64,000 nt of DNA from Thermoleophilia bacterium (GTDB lineage Bacteria; Actinomycetota; Thermoleophilia; UBA2241). The notes beneath the pieces are model-generated. The model saw only the letters and a list, made by a program, of their open reading frames with translations, was not told the DNA's origin and made no database searches. Shown piece by piece: positions 9,625-19,427 of this stretch (position 1 is its first letter; each line of letters starts with the position of its first letter). The position numbers and the translations under genes are program-made. Location: NCBI GenBank assembly GCA_041393415.1, contig JAWKKE010000001.1, positions 327,608-391,607 of the forward strand. The letters run 5' to 3'.

Positions 9625-11648
9625 TCCGCAGTCCCCTCCTCCACCCCATGCGCGATCGCGATCGAGCGGTCACGCCGGCAGGCTTCCAGCACACGCTCGG
9701 GCCAGACGGCGTAGGCCAGATGCGCCCAGTCGGAGTCACCGCGCTCGAGCTTCTTCCAGCAAGCTTCGAGGTCCTTGCGCCATTTGGTCAGGCGGAAGAG
9801 CCGAGCCAGCGGCGAGGCGCAGATCAGCACGCCGTCATCGAGATCGGGCTTGTAGGGCAGCGCGGCGACGCGCAGCAGCTCCTCGCGCAGCTCGGCGAAC
9901 TCGCCCTGCAGTGTGGTGAGCTCCTCGTGTTCCTTGCGCAGCTCGCCGGCCTGCTTGCCCGTCGCTGTCGGCAGCGCGACGGCAATCTCGTTCAAGCGCC
10001 GCTGGACCTCGCTGGCCTTGGGCTCGACGTAGCGATTGACGGCCGTGTAGAGCAGGTCATCGTTCAAGCGGTGGTAGTAGAGCCAGAGGGTGTAGGAGCC
10101 GGAAGTCGTGGAGAGCGGCCAGTAGATCGGCGCCTGGCGGCGGCTCTTGGAGTACCGCCTGAGGTGCTCGGCGAAGAACCCTGAGGGCTTGGCGAAGAAG
10201 TCGCGGAGGGTCTTCGCGCCGAGTAGCGCGCAAGCTTCGTGCTCGATCTCCTCGGCTTGAGGGCCGAAGAGCAACGCCAGCACCTCGCGCACGCGGGCGA
10301 CGATGTCTTCCTGGTGAGGGCGCCCGCTATTATCGCGGCCAGGGTCGTCCACCAGCACGCCGTCCCACGAGACGCGCAGCGGGTAGCCGGCGGGCTCTTC
10401 GCCCAGTGGAAGACCGTCGTCACCGGTCAGCATCCCGGGCGAGCAGGCCGGCAGCGGCGCGAAGGGGTCAGGCAGCCCCGGCGCTGCGAACTCGCCAGTC
10501 GCGTAGCGCACGTCGAAGCGGCCGACGGCGACGCCGACGCAGTAGGCGAGCAGGTCGACGACAAGGGTGCGGGCATCGACCGTCGTCTCTGCGACTTCTT
10601 CCTCATCTGCCTCGGCCTCGGCGCCAGGCTCGCCAATTGACTCGAGGATTGCCCTGCGGTCTTCCTCCTGCAGACTGTAGAGATCGAAGACGATGTCGTC
10701 GATCTGCCGCCGGAGGTTCTCGAGCTCGCGGTCGCACGCGTCAAGGCGAGTTCGCCAGGCTGTGGCGCGGGCGATGAGGGTGGGGGCACCGATCTGGAGG
10801 AGGGCTGGAAGGTGGAAGGCGTGTGAGGTCTCGACTGCGGAGTCGCGCTCAAACATGAGCTTCCAGCCGCGCCGGGCGAGAGGGCCAAGGCGTTGATCGG
10901 CAAGTGCGGGGCATGGGGCCCCGTTGACGTAGTTGTACGCCTTGTGCTGAGCACACACCTCATTGAGCCAGGCCGCGACAGGTGCCGAGTTCAAGAGGCC
11001 GAGAAGGGGCCAGGCGTCTCGTTCATCATCCCAGAAGATGGCAGTTCCCTCGAAAGAGAAGACATGCCCTTCCGGCATCACCTGCACCGAGAAGTGATTC
11101 GTGCGCTTCCCGTAACAGAATCCGGCCTTGAAGTAATGGTCTTCTGACTGGATCTTGAATCCGTAATTGCCGTTCAGATAGGGGTACCGCTGGTTCACGT
11201 CCGCCTTCGCTTCACATCCGTCATCGGCCCAGAGAAAGACGTGGTCCGTCGACTTGTAGAACGGGGCGTACTTGGACCCATGTGCCATCGGCTTCCATCG
11301 CTGGCTCGCGCCGGTTGAGTTCGGCCGAACCTCCCACACCAGCCTGTGGAACCTTGTCGATGCGCCTATGCCTTGGTGAGCAGTGACTCCATGGCTCGAT
11401 AGGGTAGAACCACGCCTTGCCAGCTCCAGCACTGGTCCCGGAACCCGAAACGCAAACGGGGAGCCCTCGATGGCTGCAAACCGCTCAATCCGCTGTAGGG
11501 TCGTCGTCCGGAGAGCGGCGCCCTCGGTCAGGCAGAGGATGGCGCTGGCCAAAGAGTCTTCCTTCTGCCCAATGCGGAACAGGTCAATGAAAGGAGTCAC
11601 CATGAGGCTACTCTTTGTGAACGGGCGTGAAGGTCTGGAGAGCGTCAT
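9621..11648 (-). CDS. pglX: BREX PglX, C-terminal segment (675 aa) as a separate ORF
   Basis: ATG 11648..11646 overlaps the stop of the N-terminal PglX ORF (ATGA). No MTase motifs in this half. Size and position match the C-terminal (target-recognition-like) half of ~1200-aa PglX proteins. Confidence 0.7.
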   Translation of the reverse strand: MTLSRPSRPFTKSSLMVTPFIDLFRIGQKEDSLASAILCLTEGAALRTTTLQRIERFAAIEGSPFAFRVPGPVLELARRGSTLSSHGVTAHQGIGASTRFHRLVWEVRPNSTGASQRWKPMAHGSKYAPFYKSTDHVFLWADDGCEAKADVNQRYPYLNGNYGFKIQSEDHYFKAGFCYGKRTNHFSVQVMPEGHVFSFEGTAIFWDDERDAWPLLGLLNSAPVAAWLNEVCAQHKAYNYVNGAPCPALADQRLGPLARRGWKLMFERDSAVETSHAFHLPALLQIGAPTLIARATAWRTRLDACDRELENLRRQIDDIVFDLYSLQEEDRRAILESIGEPGAEAEADEEEVAETTVDARTLVVDLLAYCVGVAVGRFDVRYATGEFAAPGLPDPFAPLPACSPGMLTGDDGLPLGEEPAGYPLRVSWDGVLVDDPGRDNSGRPHQEDIVARVREVLALLFGPQAEEIEHEACALLGAKTLRDFFAKPSGFFAEHLRRYSKSRRQAPIYWPLSTTSGSYTLWLYYHRLNDDLLYTAVNRYVEPKASEVQRRLNEIAVALPTATGKQAGELRKEHEELTTLQGEFAELREELLRVAALPYKPDLDDGVLICASPLARLFRLTKWRKDLEACWKKLERGDSDWAHLAYAVWPERVLEACRRDRSIAIAHGVEEGTAE

Positions 11649-13675
11649 GGCACTCTCCGTTCGAGGCAGTATGCGGCGGTCTCAACGTTGGCGTCGAGAA
11701 CGCCGTAGCCAAGATCGGCGAATACGCCAATCTCGGTCTCTCTCAACAGGATCTCCTCGCGCCACTTCTGGAAGGACGACAGGAAGAACCCCGTTCGCGA
11801 TGTGATAGCGCCAAGACGACCACGAGGAACGAGCATTTCGAGCCCCCTTTCAACAAAAGCCGCATAGAGGTCGTTCTTAGTGCGCAGATAGGTCTTGTCG
11901 ACGTATGCCTTCGAACCCTTCGCCGGCTCGCCGAACGGGGGATTCATCAGGACGACGTCAAACCGCTGACGGCAGAGGTCCACGAAAGCGAGGCCCTGGC
12001 CCGCATCGTCGCTGAAGAGTCGGCGCCGCATTCCGGACTCCACTTCGACCTGCGCAGCGTATGCCCTAAGGCCGTCGAGGATCCTGGTCTCCGCCGTGGC
12101 CCAGAACTGATCATCGGTGATTCCAGAGACGTCGAAAAGCTCGGGTTGACGAGCAGAGGGCATCTCTAGCTCGGGCGCCAGTACCATCTGCTTCTGCGCG
12201 TTCGCCGCTGCCCACTGATCTCTTGCCGTATCTATCAGTCTGCAGAGCTGTTCTTCCGCCTTGAGTAGGACACCGAGCTCTCCGGCCGGCCTAAGCAGAT
12301 CGGCAAATGCAACCGTCAGCTGTCGCAGAGCCTCGGGTTGCAGCGTGTGAGTGAAATCTGTCAGCAGCCGCGCATCGCCCGGCATGGGCTCCGCGCAGAC
12401 CACGTTTGTCTTCGTGATGGGCTGGAGCTCCACGTCTGCGTCCCGACCGAATCTCTGTGCACGCAGCCAAAGCGCGAGTGCAGCCACTTGAGCCGTCCGC
12501 GGATCGATGTCTACACCATAGAGGTTGCGCTCGATGACGAGACGAGGAATCGCCGAGCGCAAAGCTCCCAGCTCTGGGTAGTCGTCCCGCAGTGTCGCCC
12601 CTGTAGCCGCGCTGGAAGGCGAAGACTCGTCTTCCCACGCCTCCTCGTAGATTGAAGCAAGGACGTCGAACGCATAGAGCAGGAAGTGGCCCGAACCACA
12701 CGCAGGGTCGACGACCTGGAAGTCCCGAGGGTCCCTCTTGTCGCGCCACGAGATGTAGGCGGGGAGCTGCAGAAGATCCTCGCGGCTCAGGTCGATCCCG
12801 TCTGCTTCGTCGTCCGGCACAGGCTCGCCCAGAGTGAGGAAGACCTCTGTCGGACGATGGACTAGGTATCTACATTCCTCGGCAAGCCTCGTGCTGCCCT
12901 GGCGCATCTCGTACCAGATTCGACCGAGCGTGTTGTCCACCAAGAACTCCACCACATACCGCGGCGTGAAGAACTGATTTCGCACGGCAAGTTCACGCGA
13001 GTTCCGAGGCGCCGATGCAGCCTTGCGCATCGCTTTGCGCTCGTCATCTGAGTTGAAGTACTGGAAGACCCAGCCGATAGTCTCATCCTCGTCCCAGACG
13101 TCCGAGAGGTCCTCGCTGGTAAGCTCCGCGAGTACCTCTTGCAGACACGTCTCGTCGGGGAAGACGACGGACTGCGGCGCATCCGGGTCGAAAAGCACGC
13201 CGAGCTCAACTGCGAGCTCACGGAACACGGCCGTCAGGAAGCTGCGATAGGCGGCAGTGCGACCCCCAAGCGCCCCACCCGAGAGCTGCTCGAAGAGACG
13301 AAATCCCTCCGACTCCAGGCCACGCCTCACGCACTCCACCATGTAATCGCGCTCTTCGCACATGCGCAGCGCGACGAGTCGGTTGAGCGTCGTGAAGGAC
13401 GTCTCATAGGCCATCCGCGCAAACGCCAAGGCAAGACGATTTTGATCCGAGCCGGATTCCAGAGTCGCCAGATGGTCCTGCCACTGGCGGAGAATCTCGG
13501 CTCTCCGAAGGCCGCGTTCGTCGAGATGCTGCAGCTGGTCCATGTCGAGACGGTCGCCATCGGGCTGCAGACCATACTCCTGCTGCATCCTCCTCTCGAC
13601 GCTGGCGACGAGGAGGTCACGACTACGACCAACGGCTCGAGCCAGGATGTTTCGGGTGCCGGTGTCGAGAGCCAT
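11645..13675 (-). CDS. pglX: BREX N6-adenine DNA methyltransferase PglX, N-terminal methyltransferase segment (676 aa)
   Basis: AdoMet-binding motif I VVDPACGSGHFLLYAFD and catalytic motif IV LMNPPFGE. Follows brxC with a 6-nt gap. Confidence 0.85.
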   Translation of the reverse strand: MALDTGTRNILARAVGRSRDLLVASVERRMQQEYGLQPDGDRLDMDQLQHLDERGLRRAEILRQWQDHLATLESGSDQNRLALAFARMAYETSFTTLNRLVALRMCEERDYMVECVRRGLESEGFRLFEQLSGGALGGRTAAYRSFLTAVFRELAVELGVLFDPDAPQSVVFPDETCLQEVLAELTSEDLSDVWDEDETIGWVFQYFNSDDERKAMRKAASAPRNSRELAVRNQFFTPRYVVEFLVDNTLGRIWYEMRQGSTRLAEECRYLVHRPTEVFLTLGEPVPDDEADGIDLSREDLLQLPAYISWRDKRDPRDFQVVDPACGSGHFLLYAFDVLASIYEEAWEDESSPSSAATGATLRDDYPELGALRSAIPRLVIERNLYGVDIDPRTAQVAALALWLRAQRFGRDADVELQPITKTNVVCAEPMPGDARLLTDFTHTLQPEALRQLTVAFADLLRPAGELGVLLKAEEQLCRLIDTARDQWAAANAQKQMVLAPELEMPSARQPELFDVSGITDDQFWATAETRILDGLRAYAAQVEVESGMRRRLFSDDAGQGLAFVDLCRQRFDVVLMNPPFGEPAKGSKAYVDKTYLRTKNDLYAAFVERGLEMLVPRGRLGAITSRTGFFLSSFQKWREEILLRETEIGVFADLGYGVLDANVETAAYCLERRVP

Positions 13676-13681
13676 GAGCTG

Positions 13682-16600
13682 CTAGCTCCACGTGATTCTG
13701 ATCGACTTGCCGGCCTTGATGACGGCGTCGAATCGCGCGCGGAGGGCGTCAAGCCATTCCTTCAGGTCTTCAGCATTCTCAATCAGGCCCGGAGGCGCGA
13801 GCGTCGATGCAGCAACCAGTTCCTGAGAATCAGTCGGAGGAAGTTCGGCGGGCGCTTCAACCTGCACTGCCCGCATTGCCGCGTCTCTTTCGGCGAGCAA
13901 CTGAACGCCCGCGACGAGCAGGCGCTGGAGATCCTCGCATTCGTGTCCGTCGCGCGCCTTGGGAGGCAGGCCGCTCGCACCAACACTGGCGGCAATGGCC
14001 TCCCGTTCCGATTCGGAGAGACGCGTCCAGTCTGGCACAGCCTGCACTGCCGCCAGCGCACGTTCGACGCCCGCCAAGTACTCCGTCAAAGCCGACTCGT
14101 ACTGCCTGGCGAGCGACTTGACGATGCTAACCACGCCGTTGCGGATCTGCGGGAGTCGTTCATGGAATGCATTGGACGTCAAGTCATCTTCGAGCGTCAC
14201 AAGCGTGTCCTCGCTGACCGATTCCTTGAGCTGAGCCCCGAAAAGCACCTGAAGTGAACGCACCTCAGAGACCAGGGACCTGGCCCGAACCAGGTCAGCC
14301 TCGGCACCACCGTCAAAGGTCTTCTCCAAAGCCCGCGCCCATTTGGTGTCAGCAAGAAGACTCGACTGTTCGGCAGCGAGGATCGATACCTTACCCACCT
14401 CGTCCTGCTGTAGGAGACTCGTCAGGGTGTCCACAACGGCCCTGGCCCGCTCTTCTCCCGGAAGGCCCAGCAAGCGTAGGCGCTCCGGAAGATTCGCGAG
14501 ATCGTCGACCAACAGACTGACATGCTCCTTGACGGCCTTCGCAATCGAATCCTCGAGCGGCATGACCTTGATGCCGAACATGTCCCGCAATCGCTCTGCG
14601 GCGTGCGAGAGATCCTCGAATGAGACGGGCGTCTCGCGTCGTGACACCCCAAGCCGGTTGAACGCGACAGCCGACTTGACGGCATCGCGGGCCGCCGGTC
14701 CGGCGCCGCGAATCACACCGTCTGGCCCGTGGAACTCAACCTCCTTGCCGACCAGCAGTGCCGCGAAAAGGTACCGCGTCGCATCCTTCGACCACCCATA
14801 GGGAGCCGCAGCAAACATGTCCTGAATCGCACTCCCCTGTAGGCGACCCGCACTGCCGGCCTCTTCGAGCCGCTGATCAAGTGCCCGAAGAGTCTCAGCC
14901 AAAGCATCGCAGTCGGTATCGACCCGAGGAGAGCTGCCCTTCGTGAGCACCAGACCTAGCGGATCCAGCTCCTTGGTCATCTTCGCGAGCTCTTCGACTC
15001 CGAGGAACTTGGCAGCCAAGTCAGTCTGGGGCCGAATCGGCACGAGAGTGAAGCTCTTGAAGAGGTCTCCGGCCGCTTCGCCCAGGAGCTTCTTGGACGC
15101 AGCAAGAAGGGTCTCACCCGCTTCAGATACGGGGGTCGAACGGCCTCGAAAGACGAAGGTCCCTTCCAGCAGGGCCCGCTCGAGCAGGGCGCGCACTCTC
15201 CTCCGCGCCGCGTCTGACGCTTGACGCTCGGCGCGAAGGAACTGCGCGACGTCGCGGTCGGTTTCACTCTCTCGCGTAACGCTCAGCACCCAGTCGGACC
15301 GACACGCTCGGATGAGTTCGTCCTCAAGTTCCTCCGGCGTCGATACGAGCCAGACGATCTGATCCCTAAGCTCGGGGGAGGTGTTCGTCTCAACGAGGAG
15401 TTCTTTGCGGCGAACCTCCACGCTTCGCGCATCCACCATGTGGATCCTGAAGTCGACATCGGCACCGTCGCCGACGATGCGGACCTTCTCGAAGCGAACG
15501 CCGCCTTTGACTTCCTTCACGTTCTGAAGCCGGACCGACGGAGTCGGGTCGAAGACGCCCTCGAGTACCTTGTTGCGCAGCAGGCTGACCTCACCACCAG
15601 TCGGGATGTGTTCGTCGCGCTTCTTGATCAACGGACGGACACCGGCGCTGAGGAACAGGAAGCCGCCGGCTTGTGGATCGTCCACCACGCCACACTCTGA
15701 GTCCGCAGCCAGCCTACCGAGCGCGGCGCGCACTTCGTCAACGAGCGAAGGTGCCCCTAGTTCGGGACACAGAAGGGCCGCGATGTTCTCCGGAGTCCGC
15801 GGGAAATCCTCAAGTGCCTGGAGCGCCCCGATTGCTTTGGCAACACGCACGACGAACGCATCAGTAGCGAACGCCTTCTCCACGCGATCGACGCCCTCCG
15901 CGACAAACGGGAGCACCTTCTCGATGTCTCCACGAAGGGTGTTGTAGATGTCATCGATACAGGCGAGCGACCCTATCGGCCGGTCGGCTATCGGAATGGC
16001 GCCCGGCGGAAGCAGCCTACTCGCGTCCACAAGAAGGTCCTGAATAACCCGGATTGCAGAGCGCAGGCCTATGCCGCCGGTCGACCGAGCAAGGCTCCTG
16101 ATGAGCTCCAACAGCAGGTCGAAATGCTGCGGAAGGAACGGATACAGATGAGCAAAGGTGTCGGCATCGGGATCGCCCCTGAAGAGACGGGTGCCCGTCA
16201 GCCGTGTGTGCGTCGCGAGTGCCTGGCCGTGGCGAGAGAACAAATCCTTCAGGTCGGCCTCCGCTTGGTCGGACTTGGCCAGCAAGCGCCGATACGTGAT
16301 CTCCTTGATGTCTTGGGCTTCGAGATTGATGGCAATTGGGAAGCGGTCCTTGAGCTTGCTCAACTCGGCGGAGTTCAGCGCCGCCTTCTCGACGATTTCG
16401 GTGAGGGTCTGCTGACCCGTACACGCGATCCAGACCCTGCCCCGACCAAGCTCCTTGAAGTTCCGAGCCAGTCCGTCAAGGTTGAGAATCAGCTGGTTGC
16501 GGGGCGCAACATACTGGCCAGCCTCATCAACCAGGAAGAGGACGTTCTCCTTCCCTGACTTGCGACGGGCAAGTTCGATCATGCGCTCTGCAAGGCCGCG

Positions 16601-17317
16601 TAGGTCCTCGGCCTGCTCGAACCTGAGCTTGGAGAAGGACTCCGGAGTCGGGAACGTCTCGGGCAGCAGCTCCGGCACAATCTGAGCCGCATGCGCCACG
16701 CCGACCATGGGGTCGTTGTGGATGTCATCCCAGGCACCATCGAACTTCGCCGAGTACAGCTCTTTGAAACGCTCAAGCAGCTCACGACGCTCAAGTGTGA
16801 ACTCGAGATCGGCGAGCTTCGTTTCGGTCGAGTACCCACCCCACTGCAGGAGCTTGCGGTAAAGCACTTCTGAGACCGGCGCGGATGCGTCGGAAGCAAG
16901 CTGCTCTGCTCCAAGGTCGAGCATGATGACGGCTGTCGGATGAGCCCCCGTGAGGGACAGCATCATTGCCCGCGTGTCCTTCGACGGCAGTCGATCGCAC
17001 AACAGATCTGTGAAACGCCGATCCTCGACTGTCTTTGTGTCGTCGAGGGCGAAGCCGAGGTACTTGGTGAATGAGCTCTTGCCGGAGCCGTAGAAGCCGG
17101 CGACCCACACGCCAATCTCCGTGACCTGGCCCCTGTCTACCCCGTCCGAGAAGGTCTCGAGGAAATGGCGAAAGCAGGCTTCGATGTGCTCGGTAACCTC
17201 ATACTCGTCAATCTCGGCAGCCAGGCGCTTTTCGTCGACCGCGTAGTAGTCGATGACCTTCTCGATGGGCCGGTCAATCGGCCGGCGTGTCGAGAACAAC
17301 TCCCTGACTGTCTTCAC
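13682..17317 (-). CDS. brxC: BREX P-loop ATPase BrxC (PglY-like)
   Basis: 1211 aa. Walker A in VAGFYGSGKSSFTKYLG, Walker B-like VLFLVDEAGQY. ATGA overlap with brxB stop at 17314-17317. Confidence 0.88.
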   Translation of the reverse strand: MKTVRELFSTRRPIDRPIEKVIDYYAVDEKRLAAEIDEYEVTEHIEACFRHFLETFSDGVDRGQVTEIGVWVAGFYGSGKSSFTKYLGFALDDTKTVEDRRFTDLLCDRLPSKDTRAMMLSLTGAHPTAVIMLDLGAEQLASDASAPVSEVLYRKLLQWGGYSTETKLADLEFTLERRELLERFKELYSAKFDGAWDDIHNDPMVGVAHAAQIVPELLPETFPTPESFSKLRFEQAEDLRGLAERMIELARRKSGKENVLFLVDEAGQYVAPRNQLILNLDGLARNFKELGRGRVWIACTGQQTLTEIVEKAALNSAELSKLKDRFPIAINLEAQDIKEITYRRLLAKSDQAEADLKDLFSRHGQALATHTRLTGTRLFRGDPDADTFAHLYPFLPQHFDLLLELIRSLARSTGGIGLRSAIRVIQDLLVDASRLLPPGAIPIADRPIGSLACIDDIYNTLRGDIEKVLPFVAEGVDRVEKAFATDAFVVRVAKAIGALQALEDFPRTPENIAALLCPELGAPSLVDEVRAALGRLAADSECGVVDDPQAGGFLFLSAGVRPLIKKRDEHIPTGGEVSLLRNKVLEGVFDPTPSVRLQNVKEVKGGVRFEKVRIVGDGADVDFRIHMVDARSVEVRRKELLVETNTSPELRDQIVWLVSTPEELEDELIRACRSDWVLSVTRESETDRDVAQFLRAERQASDAARRRVRALLERALLEGTFVFRGRSTPVSEAGETLLAASKKLLGEAAGDLFKSFTLVPIRPQTDLAAKFLGVEELAKMTKELDPLGLVLTKGSSPRVDTDCDALAETLRALDQRLEEAGSAGRLQGSAIQDMFAAAPYGWSKDATRYLFAALLVGKEVEFHGPDGVIRGAGPAARDAVKSAVAFNRLGVSRRETPVSFEDLSHAAERLRDMFGIKVMPLEDSIAKAVKEHVSLLVDDLANLPERLRLLGLPGEERARAVVDTLTSLLQQDEVGKVSILAAEQSSLLADTKWARALEKTFDGGAEADLVRARSLVSEVRSLQVLFGAQLKESVSEDTLVTLEDDLTSNAFHERLPQIRNGVVSIVKSLARQYESALTEYLAGVERALAAVQAVPDWTRLSESEREAIAASVGASGLPPKARDGHECEDLQRLLVAGVQLLAERDAAMRAVQVEAPAELPPTDSQELVAASTLAPPGLIENAEDLKEWLDALRARFDAVIKAGKSIRITWS

Positions 17318-17883
17318 ATGCCACCCCCCACCATCGTCGCGCGGTAGTTGCCGTCGACGGGATAGAACCCCAAATAGTGCAGACCGTACTGGCCGGAACG
17401 CCGGCCGGGATAGAACAAGACTGTTGGCACTCTGACCCGATCATGAAGACCACTCTCGAGCGCGTGGACACGCCAGAACGGGTGGAGGAGCAACGCATCT
17501 GTAAGGAAGACAATTGTCTGTGGTCTCGCCTCCGAGACATGTGCTTCAACCGCCTTGATGAAGGCATTGTCCGTATTCGCCACGTTGCGGACCGCGCTGT
17601 TGACGTCCTCCGGATCCACGTCGCCTTCCAGCTCGAGCCACTGGTCCCATCGGCCGGATGCGTCCACAAGACCCCAGAGAATCTCGCGCAATGACACCAC
17701 CTCTACCGTCCACCCCTCGTTCGACAGCGCCGCCGACCACACTGGGATGCTCTGGGCTACCTCGTTCGTCTCGGTCGGATCATGCACAAAGTAGAAGAGG
17801 GGATCGCTCTTGGCCGGATTCAGCGCGCCGGGGCGATTCAGAAGCTCAAGGAACTGCTCGAAGGTCTCATTCAGCGAGGACAT
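17314..17883 (-). CDS. brxB: BREX protein BrxB (DUF1788)
   Basis: Chosen ATG 17883..17881 (MSSLNETFEQFLELL) is preceded by GAGGTGG. The track ORF extends to 17940. Size ~190 aa and position between brxA and brxC. Confidence 0.75.
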   Translation of the reverse strand: MSSLNETFEQFLELLNRPGALNPAKSDPLFYFVHDPTETNEVAQSIPVWSAALSNEGWTVEVVSLREILWGLVDASGRWDQWLELEGDVDPEDVNSAVRNVANTDNAFIKAVEAHVSEARPQTIVFLTDALLLHPFWRVHALESGLHDRVRVPTVLFYPGRRSGQYGLHYLGFYPVDGNYRATMVGGGM

Positions 17884-18664
17884 CAACCACCTCATCGACA
17901 GATTCTTGCTTCCAGCTGAAGCGGGCGACCGACCCGGCAATCTGCAGGAGCCACCACTGCCCGTAGTCGCTCGAGGCCAGCTCCGTGACCAAACGCGAGC
18001 GGTCGAATCCGTAGAGCATCCAGTCCCGGTGGTCGAGGATCGCTTGGTCGCTGAGTCCAGAAGAGCGGAGATCGTAGGCCAGATAGACCAGGGCCTCTGG
18101 TGCGGCCCTATAAGGGACAGTCTCGCGGCGCCCCTTGGCTGCTTCGCGGAGCAGCCCGTACTCGACTAGGGACTTCACCAGCGCGCGTGCGATCTTCTTG
18201 GCGACCTCGTCGGACCAGGGAACTGGTATCAGGCCCTCGGCGTCGGCCTGCCGAATGAAACGAACGAAATCGTCAACGGTCAAGCTGAGTCGTCCTTCAT
18301 TCAGCCCCGGCCAGTACACTTTGGTCACCGCGTCGCGCAGCAACAAGTCGTTTCGCGCCGAATACAGCATGCACAGGTCCGCGACGGCATGGGGCGACAA
18401 ATCCGCTTCGAGCAGAAGCCTGAGCCGACGGGCAGGTGCGTCAGTTGGTAGGAGAAAGCGATTCGCGAACACGCGTCTCGCGATGTCTTGGGAACGCCGG
18501 GCTGAGCTCTTGCCGAGGATGTCTTCGCTGATCACTCTGTCGCAGAACTCTCCGACCGGTTCACCGGGCTCCCACGCCCGCAACAGCCGCTTCATCTCGT
18601 CGATTAGCGCGCTGCCCTTGGAAATCGCAATCGTATAGCGACGAGCGGACTCGCGGTCGTTCAT
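17867..18664 (-). CDS. brxA: BREX protein BrxA (DUF1819-like)
   Basis: Start ATG 18664 (MNDRESARRYTIAISKG) shares ATGA with the stop of the upstream unknown ORF. Call is mainly positional (first gene of brxABC-pglXZ-brxL) plus size. Confidence 0.65.
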   Translation of the reverse strand: MNDRESARRYTIAISKGSALIDEMKRLLRAWEPGEPVGEFCDRVISEDILGKSSARRSQDIARRVFANRFLLPTDAPARRLRLLLEADLSPHAVADLCMLYSARNDLLLRDAVTKVYWPGLNEGRLSLTVDDFVRFIRQADAEGLIPVPWSDEVAKKIARALVKSLVEYGLLREAAKGRRETVPYRAAPEALVYLAYDLRSSGLSDQAILDHRDWMLYGFDRSRLVTELASSDYGQWWLLQIAGSVARFSWKQESVDEVVDVLAE

Positions 18665-19197
18665 CGACCCGCCTCGGCCGCTTCGAAGTACGGGTAACAG
18701 CGTGCTCCCGTGGCACATGCAGACGCGTAGGCAGAGGCGAGCTTCGGCAGAGCCCTGCCGGACGAGAGCTCCGACTCGCTCCCGAACGAGATCGGTCCAG
18801 CAACGCCATCGCTCTCGACCGAGCCGGCGGTCTCGCCAAGCCAGTCGATGAGGACGGCCGCGTTGCCCCCCAAGACCGTCCGTATCTGCTCCCGGAGAGA
18901 CTCATCGTTGAGGTGCTCGAAGAAGCGACACTCGAGCGCGACGGGCAGCCGGAAGAGGTGAAAACGGCCGCCGACGCCGACCTTGGAGTCATGGTCGTCA
19001 CGCGCAGCAGACGAGGTCGAACGCACAGCCGTGAGGAGTGCCGTCCGCGGGAAGATCATCTCAGTCGCCGAAAGACCCGCGGGCGTGAGGAACTGAGTGC
19101 GCCACCAAGGCGGCTTCGCGCGTTCCCCAAGTGCGGCGACCACGCATCGAAGCAGAGCCAATCGGTCGAGCGCACGCCCGCTACTGGCGTTCTCCAC
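18661..19197 (-). CDS. Hypothetical protein (up to 178 aa) immediately upstream of and translationally coupled to brxA
   Basis: Stop TGA overlaps brxA ATG (ATGA at 18661-18664). Protein-like segment HLNDESLREQIRTVLGGNAAVLIDWLGETAGSVE. No known domain. Start uncertain (19197 or internal M). Confidence 0.4.
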   Translation of the reverse strand: MENASSGRALDRLALLRCVVAALGERAKPPWWRTQFLTPAGLSATEMIFPRTALLTAVRSTSSAARDDHDSKVGVGGRFHLFRLPVALECRFFEHLNDESLREQIRTVLGGNAAVLIDWLGETAGSVESDGVAGPISFGSESELSSGRALPKLASAYASACATGARCYPYFEAAEAGR

Positions 19198-19427
19198 TTG
19201 CCCCTCCCCCCAACATACTCACGCCCTGCTGCGCGCCGCCCAGACGCCAGCCGCAGAGTCTTTCCAGGGAAGCCGCGAACAGGCGTTACTTCGAGTGTGA
19301 CGAGTCTACTCTAAGAGGTGGACGAACCCGAGCCTAGGTTCAGCGCGCTCCCGCGAATCCTCAGCTCGTTCCAGAAGCTCCACGCACCGTGGAAATGCCT
19401 CAAACACGACGCTACCTGGCGCCAGAC

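Noticed and set aside
18913-19314. Plus-strand 133-aa ORF opposite the 18661..19197 gene
   Set aside because: Arg/Ser-rich junk composition. The minus-strand frame is favoured because its stop overlaps the brxA start (ATGA).
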